This document shows, piece by piece, positions 1 through 10,359 of a stretch of DNA of 64,000 nt (its first letter is position 1; the number at the start of each line of letters is the position of its first letter). The stretch is from assembly GCA_963664115.2 (NCBI GenBank), contig CAXWPJ010000005.1, positions 290,250-354,249 of the forward strand. Reading direction: 5' to 3'. The stretch comes from Terriglobia bacterium. GTDB lineage: Bacteria > Acidobacteriota > Terriglobia > 20CM-2-55-15. The translations under genes were made by a program, and so were the position numbers. The notes beneath the pieces were generated by a model. That model was not told where the DNA came from and did no database searches. It saw only the letters and a program-made list of their open reading frames with translations.

Positions 1-1
1 G

Positions 2-280
2 GATGCCAAGTTCAAGACGTTCGGTTGTGGCAGCGCGATCGCCAGCTCCAGTTTGGCGACGGAGTGGGTAAAGGGAAAGACACTGGATGAGGCGCTCACG
101 ATCAAGAATACCGAGATCGTCAAAGAACTCAGTCTACCTCCTGTCAAGATCCACTGCTCGGTCCTGGCTGAGGATGCGATCAAGGGAGCTATCTCGGACT
201 GGAAGGCTAAGCATCCAAACAATGAAAACCTGTCGACCAAACCAAATTCGGTGAGGAAGCCAATTGTCTCGCGGCCTTGA
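2..280 (+). CDS. iscU: Fe-S cluster scaffold IscU, 3' part (5' end outside window)
   Basis: Frame from base 2 reads DAKFKTFGCGSAIASSSLATEWVKGKT...LPPVKIHCSVLAEDAIK; FKTFGCGSAIAS and the LPPVK HscA-binding motif are diagnostic. Confidence 0.95.
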   Translation, partial: DAKFKTFGCGSAIASSSLATEWVKGKTLDEALTIKNTEIVKELSLPPVKIHCSVLAEDAIKGAISDWKAKHPNNENLSTKPNSVRKPIVSRP

Positions 281-529
281 TCTCTCCGAACTACAACCCG
301 ACCCTAGTTGGTAAAACGCCGCTCTTGAAAAACCAAATGCGCTTGCTTCTGAGTTACCACACGCGCACAGTATTCCTACTTAGAATCAGTAGCTTAGACT
401 AGCTTTCGTGGTAGAAAACAGAGAGGTTTCTGAGCAGTCCGCAGATATAATTCCGGTGGGTGCGCGCGTAATCTCTCCGTCAAGGGCAAGCGCTCCCATG
501 CCTGGCCGACCCTCTTTCTCGATTGATCC

Positions 530-551
530 GGGGGGGGGGGGGGGGGGGGGG
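530..551. repeat. G22 homopolymer tract upstream of ferredoxin
   Basis: 22 consecutive G, 40 bp upstream of ATG 592. Confidence 0.9.
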
Positions 552-591
552 CCAGGCGATCTTGCTCACAAACGAGGAGGGCAATAACGAT

Positions 592-903
592 ATGAGTGAA
601 CTGCAGACGGTAGCGAGTAAGGGTGACGTCTCACCGGGCCAGTGCGTTGCTGTAGACGTTGGGGGCCAACAGGTGGCCTTGTTCAACGTCGAGGGCAATT
701 ACTTTGCGATTGGCGGTACGTGCACGCACCGCGGAGGAACTCTTGCCGACGGACAGGTCGATTCAATGACGGTAACCTGTCCCTTGCACAGGGCCAAGTT
801 TGACATAAGAACAGGTGCCGCGATCGGCCCGCCCGCTTCCACGGGCGTTCCCGCGTACAACGTTGTGGTTGAGGACGACGACATCAAGATTGAAATGCCG
901 TGA
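592..903 (+). CDS. Rieske-type [2Fe-2S] ferredoxin (dioxygenase ferredoxin-like)
   Basis: CTH...CPLH Rieske ligands, FDIRTG; GAGGAGG RBS before ATG 592. Confidence 0.9.
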   Translation: MSELQTVASKGDVSPGQCVAVDVGGQQVALFNVEGNYFAIGGTCTHRGGTLADGQVDSMTVTCPLHRAKFDIRTGAAIGPPASTGVPAYNVVVEDDDIKIEMP

Positions 904-1176
904 ACACGCGTTACGGATTCTGAATCTTGTTCTACATTCATCAAGAGGAGACTTACAGGGGTCCCGTCGAATCCCAAGCACAGATCCTTGTCGGAGATTT
1001 CCTTCTGGGATGCTTTACGCGGATTGTTCACGGCCTGCTAGCTTCACGCACGGGTTAGCCAACATCAAAGGTCTTCGTACACCTCGTTCTTTACGCGAAA
1101 ACCAGACTTTGCCAGACTCAGTTGGCACGTTGGCTGGCGGGCTCTCATATTGTTTGCCCAAACCTGAGAACGGGGG

Positions 1177-1419
1177 CTAGGAGCCTTGGCTTTCGAGGAA
1201 CGCCCGTCCCTTGTCTGTGAGCTGAAACATCCCGGCGTCATGGTCGACGGTGACGTACTCGTCCGCAACGAGACCCTCCATGAGTTGCGAGAAAGCCTGA
1301 TGCCCAGCCTGATAAAAGACCAGGCTATGGGTGTGGAGATCCCGCATGGGGATCGAGCCGCCCTTCTTCGTTATGAACTTCAGCAAGCCCTGTCGGGCCG
1401 CCTGGATGTCCGTGCCCAT
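1177..1419 (-). CDS. Small hypothetical protein, possible winged helix
   Basis: 80 aa ATG ORF ending in FQLTDKGRAFL, a typical wHTH wing pattern. Confidence 0.55.
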   Translation of the reverse strand: MGTDIQAARQGLLKFITKKGGSIPMRDLHTHSLVFYQAGHQAFSQLMEGLVADEYVTVDHDAGMFQLTDKGRAFLESQGS

Positions 1420-1450
1420 TTTGCTGCCGTTTTGTTATCCTGATTGCACT

Positions 1451-1654
1451 ATGAAATTCAAAATTGGCGACAAAGTTCAGCCTATTGGCGACAAAATTCG
1501 TTTAGCCTCCGTTCGTCCAGTCATGACTGTGATCTCCCTCAAAGAAGACCAGGGACTAGTTACCTGCACTTGGCCCTACAAAGGCACAATGAAAGAAAGC
1601 AACTTCGCCGAAGACGCGGTCGAAAGCTTCCAAGTCCCTAGTCCCCCTGCGTAA
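1451..1654 (+). CDS. YodC/DUF2158-like small protein
   Basis: MKFKIGDKV...PVMTV...VTCTW...F pattern. Confidence 0.6.
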   Translation: MKFKIGDKVQPIGDKIRLASVRPVMTVISLKEDQGLVTCTWPYKGTMKESNFAEDAVESFQVPSPPA

Positions 1655-3008
1655 AGGGATGATTTCAATTCTCAACTTCCGCGAAGATGATTTATCGGGA
1701 CTTGACCTCGAAAATCAGGGAATCGGAACCCGTTCCTTCAGTTCTTCAAACCAGTTGAGGACGATGTTGATTTGGGGGCGGGATGAACTACCATCCGAGA
1801 TCTCTCCCTCCGACACCATGATGAATCCTTCACCTGCGCCGTCGATGTCGTATCCCGAGACATTGCCAGACATGCGGAATCCAGCGACTGGGAACAACTC
1901 ACGCTGTCTACCAAGCACGAAAGTGGGACTGGTCTGAATCGGTACGGCCATGAGATTCCCAGATAAACTCCGGTAGTACAACTCGCTCCCGTCTCTCGCC
2001 CAAATCGGTGCCGTGCCGCCACCATCAGAAACGAGTCGTTGCGTGCCCTGAGGATACGGCCTCACATAGACTTCATCCAGACCGGACTCATCTGAACGAT
2101 ACGCTAGCCACTGACCGTCAGGGGAGAACATCGCCATTCTTTCGTTTGCGGGCGTGGCCAGATGCTCCGACGCCGAACTATCTTCAAGTTGAAGGGTCCA
2201 GATGTCTCCGCCTACGCGTCCCTCAACTACTTCCTCGTAAAATGCTAAGACACCATCAGAGGAGACATCCGTTGGCCGTGGCCGAACTTCACTCTGAAAG
2301 AGCAACTCAGCCTCACCGCTTCCGTCAGCGGCTTTCTGGTAGAGCGCAGAGAGGTCTCTCTGAAACACGACCGTCTGGCTGTTGGCGGTCCAGGTCGGGT
2401 ATTGGTTATTTGTCCCCTCAAACGTCAATTGCCTTCCCAACCCGTTCTCAATATCAACAATCCAAATGTGAGTGGTGAGACCGCCCCCCCCGGCGGTCGA
2501 AACTTCGGCGGCGACACGGCTTCCGTCAGGGGACAGGCGAAGGCGGAAGTAATCTCTCAGTTCGTCCGTCAAGGGAATAGCGTTTCCTTCGAGATCCACC
2601 GTCACCAGGCTCCTCTGGATGATTGCCGCTTGGGTTCCTCCCACCACATAAGCAAGCGTTCCATTGTCCGAAACGAGGTAATTCGCAGTGTCCCAGATAC
2701 CGTTACTCGAACGCTGGACTCCTTCAACAATAGAAACGGAGCCTCCGGTGCGTTCAAGACTTTCCAGATCAAACGGGAACGCAAAAAGGGAATTTGCCTG
2801 CGCATACACGATGTGCCCACTGGGTAGGTATCGTGGGGCGCTGCCTCCCTCCAAGATCACCTTTCGTTCGTTAGAATCCAAGTTATGGACAGCAATCTGC
2901 GCTTCGTCCCAAGTTCCATCGCCGAGTTTCACCGAAGACAGCACCCAGTCCCCACCAGGTAATATCTGCGGACTGCCAAACTCTTCGTCATCCTGGGCTG
3001 CAACTAGG

Positions 3009-4855
3009 CCCAAAACAAGCGCATAACCAGTCCGCCGAGGCCCAGTTCGCGCCGATAGAATTCGAGGCATAGAATCCCGTTCCCGGATGGCCTGTTCCAG
3101 GTATCGAGTTTCTGTTGAATCTGTTTCAGTTCAGCCTCGCTGGTGTTGGACGGTTGACAGAAACCGGGACCTCGATCGCCCGGGCTCAGAGTCATGATCG
3201 GGTCAACATCGCAGAGGCTGACGCAACACATCCACCCCGCGGAACAAGACCGGCAACCACCGGTTCCAGGCCAGGATCCGGAACAGAATGCGCCGCCCGG
3301 TGCGCACGAGTTGGCACGGCACAAGCATGAAAGCGTTCAAGAAGGTTTTGAACTCCATGCGCAGCACGGTTTGCTTCTCAGCCTGATATTTTTGGCCCCA
3401 ACGTCCGGTTTCGGGAAGCAGCAATGCAAACCACGCTTTCAGTGTCCAGGCCAGTGACGCGATCACCATGTAGGCCCAGTTGCTGGTCTGATCTCCGACC
3501 GGCATCCGCAACGCCTGAACGCCGTTCTTCAACTGCTCAATGAGATTCTCCTGATTGCACCGTTGATTGGCACGCATCACAATCTGGTCGGCCGGATCCG
3601 AACGGTTGGTAATGTAGAAGAAGTACCGGATGTCGTCAAACAACACCTGCTCTCCTTTGGCCACCGACAGATTCTTCCGCACCACGACGACACGGTAGTC
3701 CCGATCGCAGGCTCCGGGTCGATACCGAAACTCGGCCACATCCTCACCCTGCAAGCGGATATTGTCGAAACCGCGCTGCCGAACGATCTCTTCCTTCACG
3801 TTGTCGGGACGTTGGCGCGGTTCGGTCGCCACGTCGTATTTCGCGGGCCGTTCCAGGCGCTTCCACTGGCGCGGCTCCAGTTCATCGGCCCGGGCCTTCA
3901 GGTTCGCCATCGCGTCAATCCCGAATATGAAACCCACCTGCTGGTCGTCCCATCCGTCCAGATGCCGGGTCTGGCTGAAGTCCGTGTCCCCGCGCAGCAG
4001 GATCTGGCGAAACCCCGCATGCCGGCACAATGCGATGGCTTGGTCGAACCGGACCGCGGCTCCTTCATGCGACGGCCGGTTGCCGCTACGATTGACCAGA
4101 TACAGCGGTTCGGCGGTGTTGGCCAGCGAGATCATCAGCGGGTGATATCCCCACGTCCCGTCGTAGGCCACGTCCATCCCTTGCTTGCATTCCCCCGTGG
4201 TTTCGGCCAGTGTCCCGTCCGCGTCCAACACCGCTTCTTCGAAAAACGCCGCCGGTTGCTGTCGCCAGACTCCGAGCCGGACTTGATTGGTTGCCTCCAT
4301 CAGACACTCCACGTCGTCGGCCTCGAATCTTCGGCAGAAGTCTCCCGCCGTCGTCGGATCCGGAATCCGTTGCGCTCCCAGCGCATCCAGATACACCGCA
4401 TCGTTGCGCCGCAGTTCGATGTCTTCCAGGCACGTTCCTCCGCTCAAGGCGTTGTAGGCGATGTTCAGCACGTGATCCGACTCGTGATACGGCAGGTGCC
4501 GCTTCAACACATGCACGCCCTTGTCGATGGCTTCGATCAGCCCGGTCCGCCGCGCCACCAGTTGCATCGTCCCGATACCACCAACCGATGTGCCCCGCGT
4601 CCGCTCTCCCATCTCGTACTGAATGTTGCTCGCCGAAAACATCGGCTCTACCTGATCCGTCCAATGCCGGTCCCCAAGCCGACGTTCGATTCGCCGCTTG
4701 CGGTTCCTCATGTTCTTGCGCGTATAATCGTTCATCTGAAATGCCTCCTTTTCCGAAGAATCTGTCCAAGGTTTTTTTCGCACGGAGAGGGGGCATTTCG
4801 GGTACTTCCGCTCTTATTGCACTATCATTTCCTCGTCAATCACGCTTGTTCAGGG
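3009..4855 (-). mobile_element. IS1380 family element, copy 1 (1847 bp)
   Basis: Imperfect IRs CCCTGAACAAGCG/CCCAAAACAAGCG; 6-bp TSD ACTAGG at 3003-3008 and 4856-4861. Confidence 0.93.
3203..4735 (-). CDS. IS1380 family transposase
   Basis: 510 aa; LDADGT, YHPL, LRGDTDF, NQENLIEQLK motifs; GGAGG RBS. Confidence 0.92.
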   Translation of the reverse strand: MNDYTRKNMRNRKRRIERRLGDRHWTDQVEPMFSASNIQYEMGERTRGTSVGGIGTMQLVARRTGLIEAIDKGVHVLKRHLPYHESDHVLNIAYNALSGGTCLEDIELRRNDAVYLDALGAQRIPDPTTAGDFCRRFEADDVECLMEATNQVRLGVWRQQPAAFFEEAVLDADGTLAETTGECKQGMDVAYDGTWGYHPLMISLANTAEPLYLVNRSGNRPSHEGAAVRFDQAIALCRHAGFRQILLRGDTDFSQTRHLDGWDDQQVGFIFGIDAMANLKARADELEPRQWKRLERPAKYDVATEPRQRPDNVKEEIVRQRGFDNIRLQGEDVAEFRYRPGACDRDYRVVVVRKNLSVAKGEQVLFDDIRYFFYITNRSDPADQIVMRANQRCNQENLIEQLKNGVQALRMPVGDQTSNWAYMVIASLAWTLKAWFALLLPETGRWGQKYQAEKQTVLRMEFKTFLNAFMLVPCQLVRTGRRILFRILAWNRWLPVLFRGVDVLRQPLRC

Positions 4856-6060
4856 ACTAGGACTTCAGGTGTGCCTCCGTTTGATGGAATCTGTACAATT
4901 CCGTCGGGCTGGGAAAACAGGAGTGTGTCGTCGTTTGCAGTCCAACTCATGGTCCTGGGATTACCACCTATATCGCCTTCTTCCCAGACCGTAACTGCAG
5001 TTCCGCCGATTACGGGGATTCTCCTTACGGCACGCATGTCCCTGTTGAAGTAGACGACGGACTCTCCATCAGGTGACAACACCGGCTGGGTCGCGAGCGG
5101 TTCGTCTGCACCTCGAATTGGTCGTGACGCCATTTCACTTAGGTTGAGTAAGTGGAGCTGGCCGTTCGCGAGATAGACCAGTCTACTACCGTTCGCTGAA
5201 AGGGATACTACGTTGCCTGCAGGGCTCGAGAATTGTTGCGCTTCAGGCAGGACGAACGGGAACCGAATGACTTGACCAGGTTCGGGTGGCGGCCTCAGGT
5301 TCCATCCTGCCATGCCCGCGATGACTCCAAAAAGAACTGCTGCAACCCACGGCAGTTTTGACGACGGAGTTCTATGCAGAACTTCGGCAACCGGATGGGC
5401 CATGACACCACTCGGATCGGCCAACACCTTCTTAATATCTACCCTCACATCGCCAATGTCTTGGAACCGTTCCGCGACGGGCTTTTCAAGGCACCGTTCC
5501 ACTGCTTCTCGAAGTCGTGGATGGAGATTTGCGGGCAGCGTGTCCCATTCGGGTTCAGAACGGATCACCGCTGCGAGAGACTCGGTAACGTCCGAAGCAC
5601 CGAAGGACTGCCCCCCTGTCAGCATCTCAAACAGGACACAACCAAACGCCCACACGTCGGTCCGCTTATCGACTGTTCGACCCTTGGCTTGTTCTGGCGA
5701 CATGTACGCCGCAGTGCCTAAGATGACACCTTGCTGCGTCGCGGCCATGCTCAACGTCGGCGAGTTCGACACCGTAGCCTCGGCCTCATCACCGGCGAAC
5801 GCTTTAGCTAAACCAAAGTCGAGCACCTTTACCTTGTCGTCGTCGGTGACCTTGATGTTCAGAGGCTTGAGATCCCTATGGATGACACCTTTGTCGTGGG
5901 CTGCTTTGAGGGCATCGGCGATCTGAAGAGCCATCTTGAGTGAATCTTCAACAGGGATGGGACCACGGTTGAGGCGGTCTGCTAAGGTGTCGCCTTCGAC
6001 CAATTCCAGAACTAGGAATCGAGTACCGTTCGATTCTTCCAGTCCGTAGATTGCGGCTAT

Positions 6061-7445
6061 GAGTTATAACCGAATCTGGTGTTTGAGGGATTGAATAAGA
6101 GCGGCGTATCTGGTTGATTTGTTGTGACAAAACTTCAAAGCAACCATAGGAGATACGCCACTGTGAGCAAGAGTAACGTGAATGGACCGGAAGGTCGAGA
6201 AACGATTGAGGATCCAGTAACAGAACTACTACGAGTTGGGGCACAGCAACTGATCCAACGCGCAGTGGAAGCCGAATTGGCAGAGCTGCTATCCCAGCAC
6301 GGTGGCCGGCGAACTGAGACAGGAAACGCCGGGGTGGTACGCAACGGTTATCTGCCGGAACGCGAACTGCAGACGGGATTGGGTCCGGTAACAGTCCAAA
6401 TCCCGAAGGTCCGTGCCAAGACGGGCGAAGCTGTGACGTTCCGATCGGCCCTGGTACCACCGTACATTCGGAAGACGAAGTCGCTGGAAGCAGCGGTGCC
6501 GTGGTTGTATTTGAAAGGCGTTTCCAGCGGCGAGATGGGTGAGGCCCTAAAAGTTCTTGTCGGTCCCCAGGCGCAGGGTCTGTCGGCGAGCACGGTATCG
6601 CGGTTGAAACAGGTTTGGGGCGAACAGTACCGCCTCGGATGCGAGGAGCGTTTGGATGCAGATCGCTGGGTCTATGTCTGGGCCGACGGCATCTACAGCG
6701 GACTTCGGGCGGAACAAACCAAGTTGTGTGCATTGGTCGTGATCGGCGTGAATGAACGCGGAGAGAAGCGTTTCCTGGCGATCGAAGACGGTGTACGGGA
6801 ATCGACACAGAGTTGGCGCGAGGTCTTGTTGAAGCTGAAGTCCCGTGGGATGAATGTTCCGAAGTTGGCCATCGGTGACGGTGCGATGGGGTTCTGGGCC
6901 GCACTGGAGGAAATCTATCCCGAGACACGTCAACAACGTTGCTGGATGCACAAAGTCATGAACGTCCTCAACTGCCTGCCCAAGTCGGTCCAGGCGAAGG
7001 CGAAACAGGCCCTGCACTCGATCTGGCAGGCCGAGACGAAGGCAGACGCCGAGAAGGCATTCGACTTGTTCATTGAAACCTATGAACCGAAGTATCCGAA
7101 AGCCACACTCTGCCTGCAGAAAGACAGAGAGGAACTGCTGGCCTTTTACGACTTTCCGGCCAAGCACTGGCAGAGCATCAGAACGACGAATCCCATTGAG
7201 TCGACCTTTGCCACCATTCGACACCGAACGAAGCGATCCAGAGGTTGCCTGACACGGGATGGCATGCTGCACATGATGTTCAAACTGGGCCAGTGCGCTG
7301 AGAACAATTGGCGACGATTACGAGGATTCGATGATCTGAGCAAGGTAATCATCGGAGTGAAATTCAACGATGGTGTCGAAGCGACACAAGTCGATCAGGC
7401 CGCCGCTTGAATCAATCTCCTAAACACCACTTTTGACAATAACTC
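6061..7445 (+). mobile_element. IS256 family element, copy 1 (1385 bp)
   Basis: IRs GAGTTAT...TGGTGTTT; 9-bp TSD TGCGGCTAT at 6052-6060 and 7446-7454. Confidence 0.93.
6163..7410 (+). CDS. IS256 (Mutator) family transposase
   Basis: RNGY, YVWADG, GDGAMG, QRCWMH, TTNPIES motifs; GTG start after AGGAG (alternative start 6124). Confidence 0.92.
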   Translation: MSKSNVNGPEGRETIEDPVTELLRVGAQQLIQRAVEAELAELLSQHGGRRTETGNAGVVRNGYLPERELQTGLGPVTVQIPKVRAKTGEAVTFRSALVPPYIRKTKSLEAAVPWLYLKGVSSGEMGEALKVLVGPQAQGLSASTVSRLKQVWGEQYRLGCEERLDADRWVYVWADGIYSGLRAEQTKLCALVVIGVNERGEKRFLAIEDGVRESTQSWREVLLKLKSRGMNVPKLAIGDGAMGFWAALEEIYPETRQQRCWMHKVMNVLNCLPKSVQAKAKQALHSIWQAETKADAEKAFDLFIETYEPKYPKATLCLQKDREELLAFYDFPAKHWQSIRTTNPIESTFATIRHRTKRSRGCLTRDGMLHMMFKLGQCAENNWRRLRGFDDLSKVIIGVKFNDGVEATQVDQAAA

Positions 7446-7884
7446 TGCGGCTATGTTGGGATGATTTAGAGATGCAAGGAGTTTCGCTTCACGTTCAAAT
7501 CGAGAAAGCCGATCTGCGTCCTTCGCAAACTCTTCAGGCAGCGTCTTAATAGCAACTTCTCGCCCCAGCTTCGTATCCCGCGCACGCCACACCTCACCCA
7601 GCCCGCCCTTACCTAAGAGCGTTGAGATCTCGTAGTGGCCGAGTTTGGTGCCGGTTTCCATGTTTAAAGTGTGTAGCCGAAATTACCGTGAAAAACTCGG
7701 TAAAGAATACTAAGGCAGGGAGTTAGGTGCTAACAAATTCTCAAGTCCTGAGAAACGACCTTGTCGGACGTTGAGAATTGTCGAGCTTCGGTTGTGGCAG
7801 TATCCCGTTGAAATCGAAGGGAATATAGCTCATTGGGGGCGTATCGAGGAACGACAGGCAAAAGGCCGGTAGCGGGCAGGTTAT

Positions 7885-8067
7885 CTACGGATGACGAATT
7901 AGTTCACCATTGAGGATGATTTCTGGAGGCGTCCGTTCGTCGCTGCCGTTGCACACCTCGCCACTGTCAAACTCGGCTCCTGCGCCTGCAGTCACTGCAA
8001 TACAGAAAGGTGCCTGACCCGGTGCGATGCGGTCTTCTAACTCTTCAATGTTCGTGCTGAGTTCCAT
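7885..8067 (-). CDS. Leader-core peptide C (60 aa), paralog of 10141-10350
   Basis: MELSTNIEELEDRIAP-GQAPFCIAVTAGAGAEFDSGEVCNGSDERTPPEIILNGELIRHP; GGAGGA RBS. Confidence 0.8.
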   Translation of the reverse strand: MELSTNIEELEDRIAPGQAPFCIAVTAGAGAEFDSGEVCNGSDERTPPEIILNGELIRHP

Positions 8068-8227
8068 TGATCCTCCACTACAGGAAGCGGATATTCGGCG
8101 CGAACCACGTACCATCATGCTTGTTGATGATGATCCACGGCTGGGGCAGCGGACTGCCGATACAACCGTCGGTGGTCATTCCCTCTCCGGCATTAACGGT
8201 CAAGCAGGTTATCGGGCCCGTACTAGG

Positions 8228-10074
8228 CCCTGAACAAGCGTGATTGACGAGGAAATGATAGTGCAATAAGAGCGGAAGTACCCGAAATGCCCCCTCTCCG
8301 TGCGAAAAAAACCTTGAACAGATTCTTCGGAAAAGGAGGCATTTCAGATGAACGATTATACGCGCAAGAACATGAGGAACCGCAAGCGGCGAATCGAACG
8401 TCGGCTTGGGGACCGGCATTGGACGGATCAGGTAGAGCCGATGTTTTCGGCGAGCAACATTCAGTACGAGATGGGAGAGCGGACGCGGGGCACATCGGTT
8501 GGTGGTATCGGGACGATGCAACTGGTGGCGCGGCGGACCGGGCTGATCGAAGCCATCGACAAGGGCGTGCATGTGTTGAAGCGGCACCTGCCGTATCACG
8601 AGTCGGATCACGTGCTGAACATCGCCTACAACGCCTTGAGCGGAGGAACGTGCCTGGAAGACATCGAACTGCGGCGCAACGATGCGGTGTATCTGGATGC
8701 GCTGGGAGCGCAACGGATTCCGGATCCGACGACGGCGGGAGACTTCTGCCGGAGATTCGAGGCCGACGACGTGGAGTGTCTGATGGAGGCAACCAATCAA
8801 GTCCGGCTCGGAGTCTGGCGACAGCAACCGGCGGCGTTTTTCGAAGAAGCGGTGTTGGACGCGGACGGGACACTGGCCGAAACCACGGGGGAATGCAAGC
8901 AAGGGATGGACGTGGCCTACGACGGGACGTGGGGATATCACCCGCTGATGATCTCGCTGGCCAACACCGCCGAACCGCTGTATCTGGTCAATCGTAGCGG
9001 CAACCGGCCGTCGCATGAAGGAGCCGCGGTCCGGTTCGACCAAGCCATCGCATTGTGCCGGCATGCGGGGTTTCGCCAGATCCTGCTGCGCGGGGACACG
9101 GACTTCAGCCAGACCCGGCATCTGGACGGATGGGACGACCAGCAGGTGGGTTTCATATTCGGGATTGACGCGATGGCGAACCTGAAGGCCCGGGCCGATG
9201 AACTGGAGCCGCGCCAGTGGAAGCGCCTGGAACGGCCCGCGAAATACGACGTGGCGACCGAACCGCGCCAACGTCCCGACAACGTGAAGGAAGAGATCGT
9301 TCGGCAGCGCGGTTTCGACAATATCCGCTTGCAGGGTGAGGATGTGGCCGAGTTTCGGTATCGACCCGGAGCCTGCGATCGGGACTACCGTGTCGTCGTG
9401 GTGCGGAAGAATCTGTCGGTGGCCAAAGGAGAGCAGGTGTTGTTTGACGACATCCGGTACTTCTTCTACATTACCAACCGTTCGGATCCGGCCGACCAGA
9501 TTGTGATGCGTGCCAATCAACGGTGCAATCAGGAGAATCTCATTGAGCAGTTGAAGAACGGCGTTCAGGCGTTGCGGATGCCGGTCGGAGATCAGACCAG
9601 CAACTGGGCCTACATGGTGATCGCGTCACTGGCCTGGACACTGAAAGCGTGGTTTGCATTGCTGCTTCCCGAAACCGGACGTTGGGGCCAAAAATATCAG
9701 GCTGAGAAGCAAACCGTGCTGCGCATGGAGTTCAAAACCTTCTTGAACGCTTTCATGCTTGTGCCGTGCCAACTCGTGCGCACCGGGCGGCGCATTCTGT
9801 TCCGGATCCTGGCCTGGAACCGGTGGTTGCCGGTCTTGTTCCGCGGGGTGGATGTGTTGCGTCAGCCTCTGCGATGTTGACCCGATCATGACTCTGAGCC
9901 CGGGCGATCGAGGTCCCGGTTTCTGTCAACCGTCCAACACCAGCGAGGCTGAACTGAAACAGATTCAACAGAAACTCGATACCTGGAACAGGCCATCCGG
10001 GAACGGGATTCTATGCCTCGAATTCTATCGGCGCGAACTGGGCCTCGGCGGACTGGTTATGCGCTTGTTTTGGG
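8228..10074 (+). mobile_element. IS1380 family element, copy 2 (1847 bp)
   Basis: Near-identical inverted copy of 3009-4855; TSD ACTAGG at 8222-8227 and 10075-10080. Confidence 0.93.
8348..9880 (+). CDS. IS1380 family transposase
   Basis: Same 510 aa protein as copy 1. Confidence 0.92.
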   Translation: MNDYTRKNMRNRKRRIERRLGDRHWTDQVEPMFSASNIQYEMGERTRGTSVGGIGTMQLVARRTGLIEAIDKGVHVLKRHLPYHESDHVLNIAYNALSGGTCLEDIELRRNDAVYLDALGAQRIPDPTTAGDFCRRFEADDVECLMEATNQVRLGVWRQQPAAFFEEAVLDADGTLAETTGECKQGMDVAYDGTWGYHPLMISLANTAEPLYLVNRSGNRPSHEGAAVRFDQAIALCRHAGFRQILLRGDTDFSQTRHLDGWDDQQVGFIFGIDAMANLKARADELEPRQWKRLERPAKYDVATEPRQRPDNVKEEIVRQRGFDNIRLQGEDVAEFRYRPGACDRDYRVVVVRKNLSVAKGEQVLFDDIRYFFYITNRSDPADQIVMRANQRCNQENLIEQLKNGVQALRMPVGDQTSNWAYMVIASLAWTLKAWFALLLPETGRWGQKYQAEKQTVLRMEFKTFLNAFMLVPCQLVRTGRRILFRILAWNRWLPVLFRGVDVLRQPLRC

Positions 10075-10140
10075 ACTAGGTGCTATACGCTGTTCCAGTT
10101 CCTCGATGTGAGTGCTTAGTTCGAGTTCCATTACTTAGCT

Positions 10141-10350
10141 TTAGTTAGGATCAATGCACGCCGTTGGCGTGATGATTGAGCCGTCCGGTCTTATGATTAC
10201 AACGTTCGGGGGTACGCCACTGCCATCGTCACCACAACCGCCTATGATCGCAGGTATTCCCTCGCCCGCGACTACAAGAACACAGATTGGTGCTGCAGGT
10301 GCGATCCTTTCTTCCAACTGTTCAACGTGAGTGCTGAGCGTGATTTCCAT
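10141..10350 (-). CDS. Leader-core peptide A (69 aa)
   Basis: MEITLSTHVEQLEERIAP-AAPICVLVVAGEGIPAIIGGCGDDGSGVPPNVVIIRPDGSIITPTACIDPN; 9-nt gaps to both neighbours. Confidence 0.8.
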   Translation of the reverse strand: MEITLSTHVEQLEERIAPAAPICVLVVAGEGIPAIIGGCGDDGSGVPPNVVIIRPDGSIITPTACIDPN

Positions 10351-10359
10351 GTGCGGATT

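Larger units (their letters stand above)
1715..7661 (-). pseudogene. Hanks-type Ser/Thr kinase-TM-TolB/PD40 beta-propeller protein, interrupted by IS256 and IS1380
   Basis: [12 protein letters not shown] (7661-7446); HRDLKP, DFG, GTAAYMSPEQ, TM segment (6060-4856); FSPDG propeller repeats (3008-1715). Removing each IS plus one TSD restores the frame (HPNIAAIYGLEE; PEVLVAAQDD). Confidence 0.92.
8078..10131 (-). pseudogene. Leader-core peptide B (66 aa reconstructed), split by IS1380 copy 2
   Basis: 10131-10075 = MELELSTHIEELEQRIAPS; 8221-8078 = TGPITCLTVNAGEGMTTDGCIGSPLPQPWIIINKHDGTWFAPNIRFL*; in frame after removing the IS plus one TSD. Confidence 0.85.

Noticed and set aside
380-397. TTAGAATCAGTAGCTTAG, resembling att/Xer-like motifs at island ends
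   Set aside because: No partner site, tRNA or intact integrase found; too short to support
523-591. Poly-Gly N-terminal extension of the ferredoxin
   Set aside because: Translation of the G tract; the RBS supports ATG 592
3563-5053. Long antisense ORFs over the IS1380 transposases (also 8078-9520) and other IS genes
   Set aside because: Shadow ORFs of GC-rich coding sequence; only the 8221-8078 tail is real (peptide B core)
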